This document shows, one piece after another, positions 63,943-64,000 of a DNA stretch of 64,000 nt (its first letter is position 1; each line of letters begins with the position of its first letter). The translations under genes and the position numbers were made by a program. A model generated the notes under the pieces. That model searched no databases. It was not told where the DNA came from and saw only the letters and a list, made by a program, of their open reading frames with translations. The DNA is from Monocercomonoides exilis PA203 (taxonomy: Eukaryota; Protista; Preaxostyla): the NCBI GenBank assembly GCA_001643675.2, contig LSRY02000039.1, positions 744,001-808,000 of the forward strand, in the 5' to 3' direction.

Positions 63943-64000
63943 AAAGTCGAAAAACTTTCAATCGAAATCGAAAAACTTTCAACCAAAGTCGAAAAACTTT
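63943..64000. repeat. 21-bp tandem repeat (TCGAAAAACTTTCAA core), truncated by window edge
   Basis: Core starts at 63947, 63968 and 63989 (third copy cut by the edge). Confidence 0.75.

Noticed and set aside
63943-64000. CRISPR-like array
   Set aside because: Eukaryotic context, 21-bp period with no unique spacers, and no cas genes.

Overview
This is eukaryotic, intron-containing protist DNA using the standard genetic code. Gene style and families most resemble an oxymonad such as Monocercomonoides (inference from recall, not from a search). The genes are: a 5-exon LRR gene (minus strand, running off the left edge); two giant intronless paralogous type-I membrane proteins (3878 aa and 2667 aa) with a beta-helix/adhesin-like ectodomain and an intracellular kinase C-lobe lacking catalytic motifs; a 9-exon AGC kinase (694 aa) head-to-head, with 70 bp between ATGs, with a ~6600-aa charged low-complexity/ARM-like protein; and three decaying genes at 48-53 kb. 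The AT-rich intergenic regions hold at least five non-autonomous inverted-repeat elements. One is nested in the TIR of another, and one is a perfect 165-bp-arm palindrome. No rRNA, tRNA, CRISPR array or transposase was recognised. The most interesting candidates are the adhesin/'half-kinase' receptor family, with patchwork sequence exchange among its 179-aa ectodomain repeats, and the MITE set with ATAT-bounded ends.
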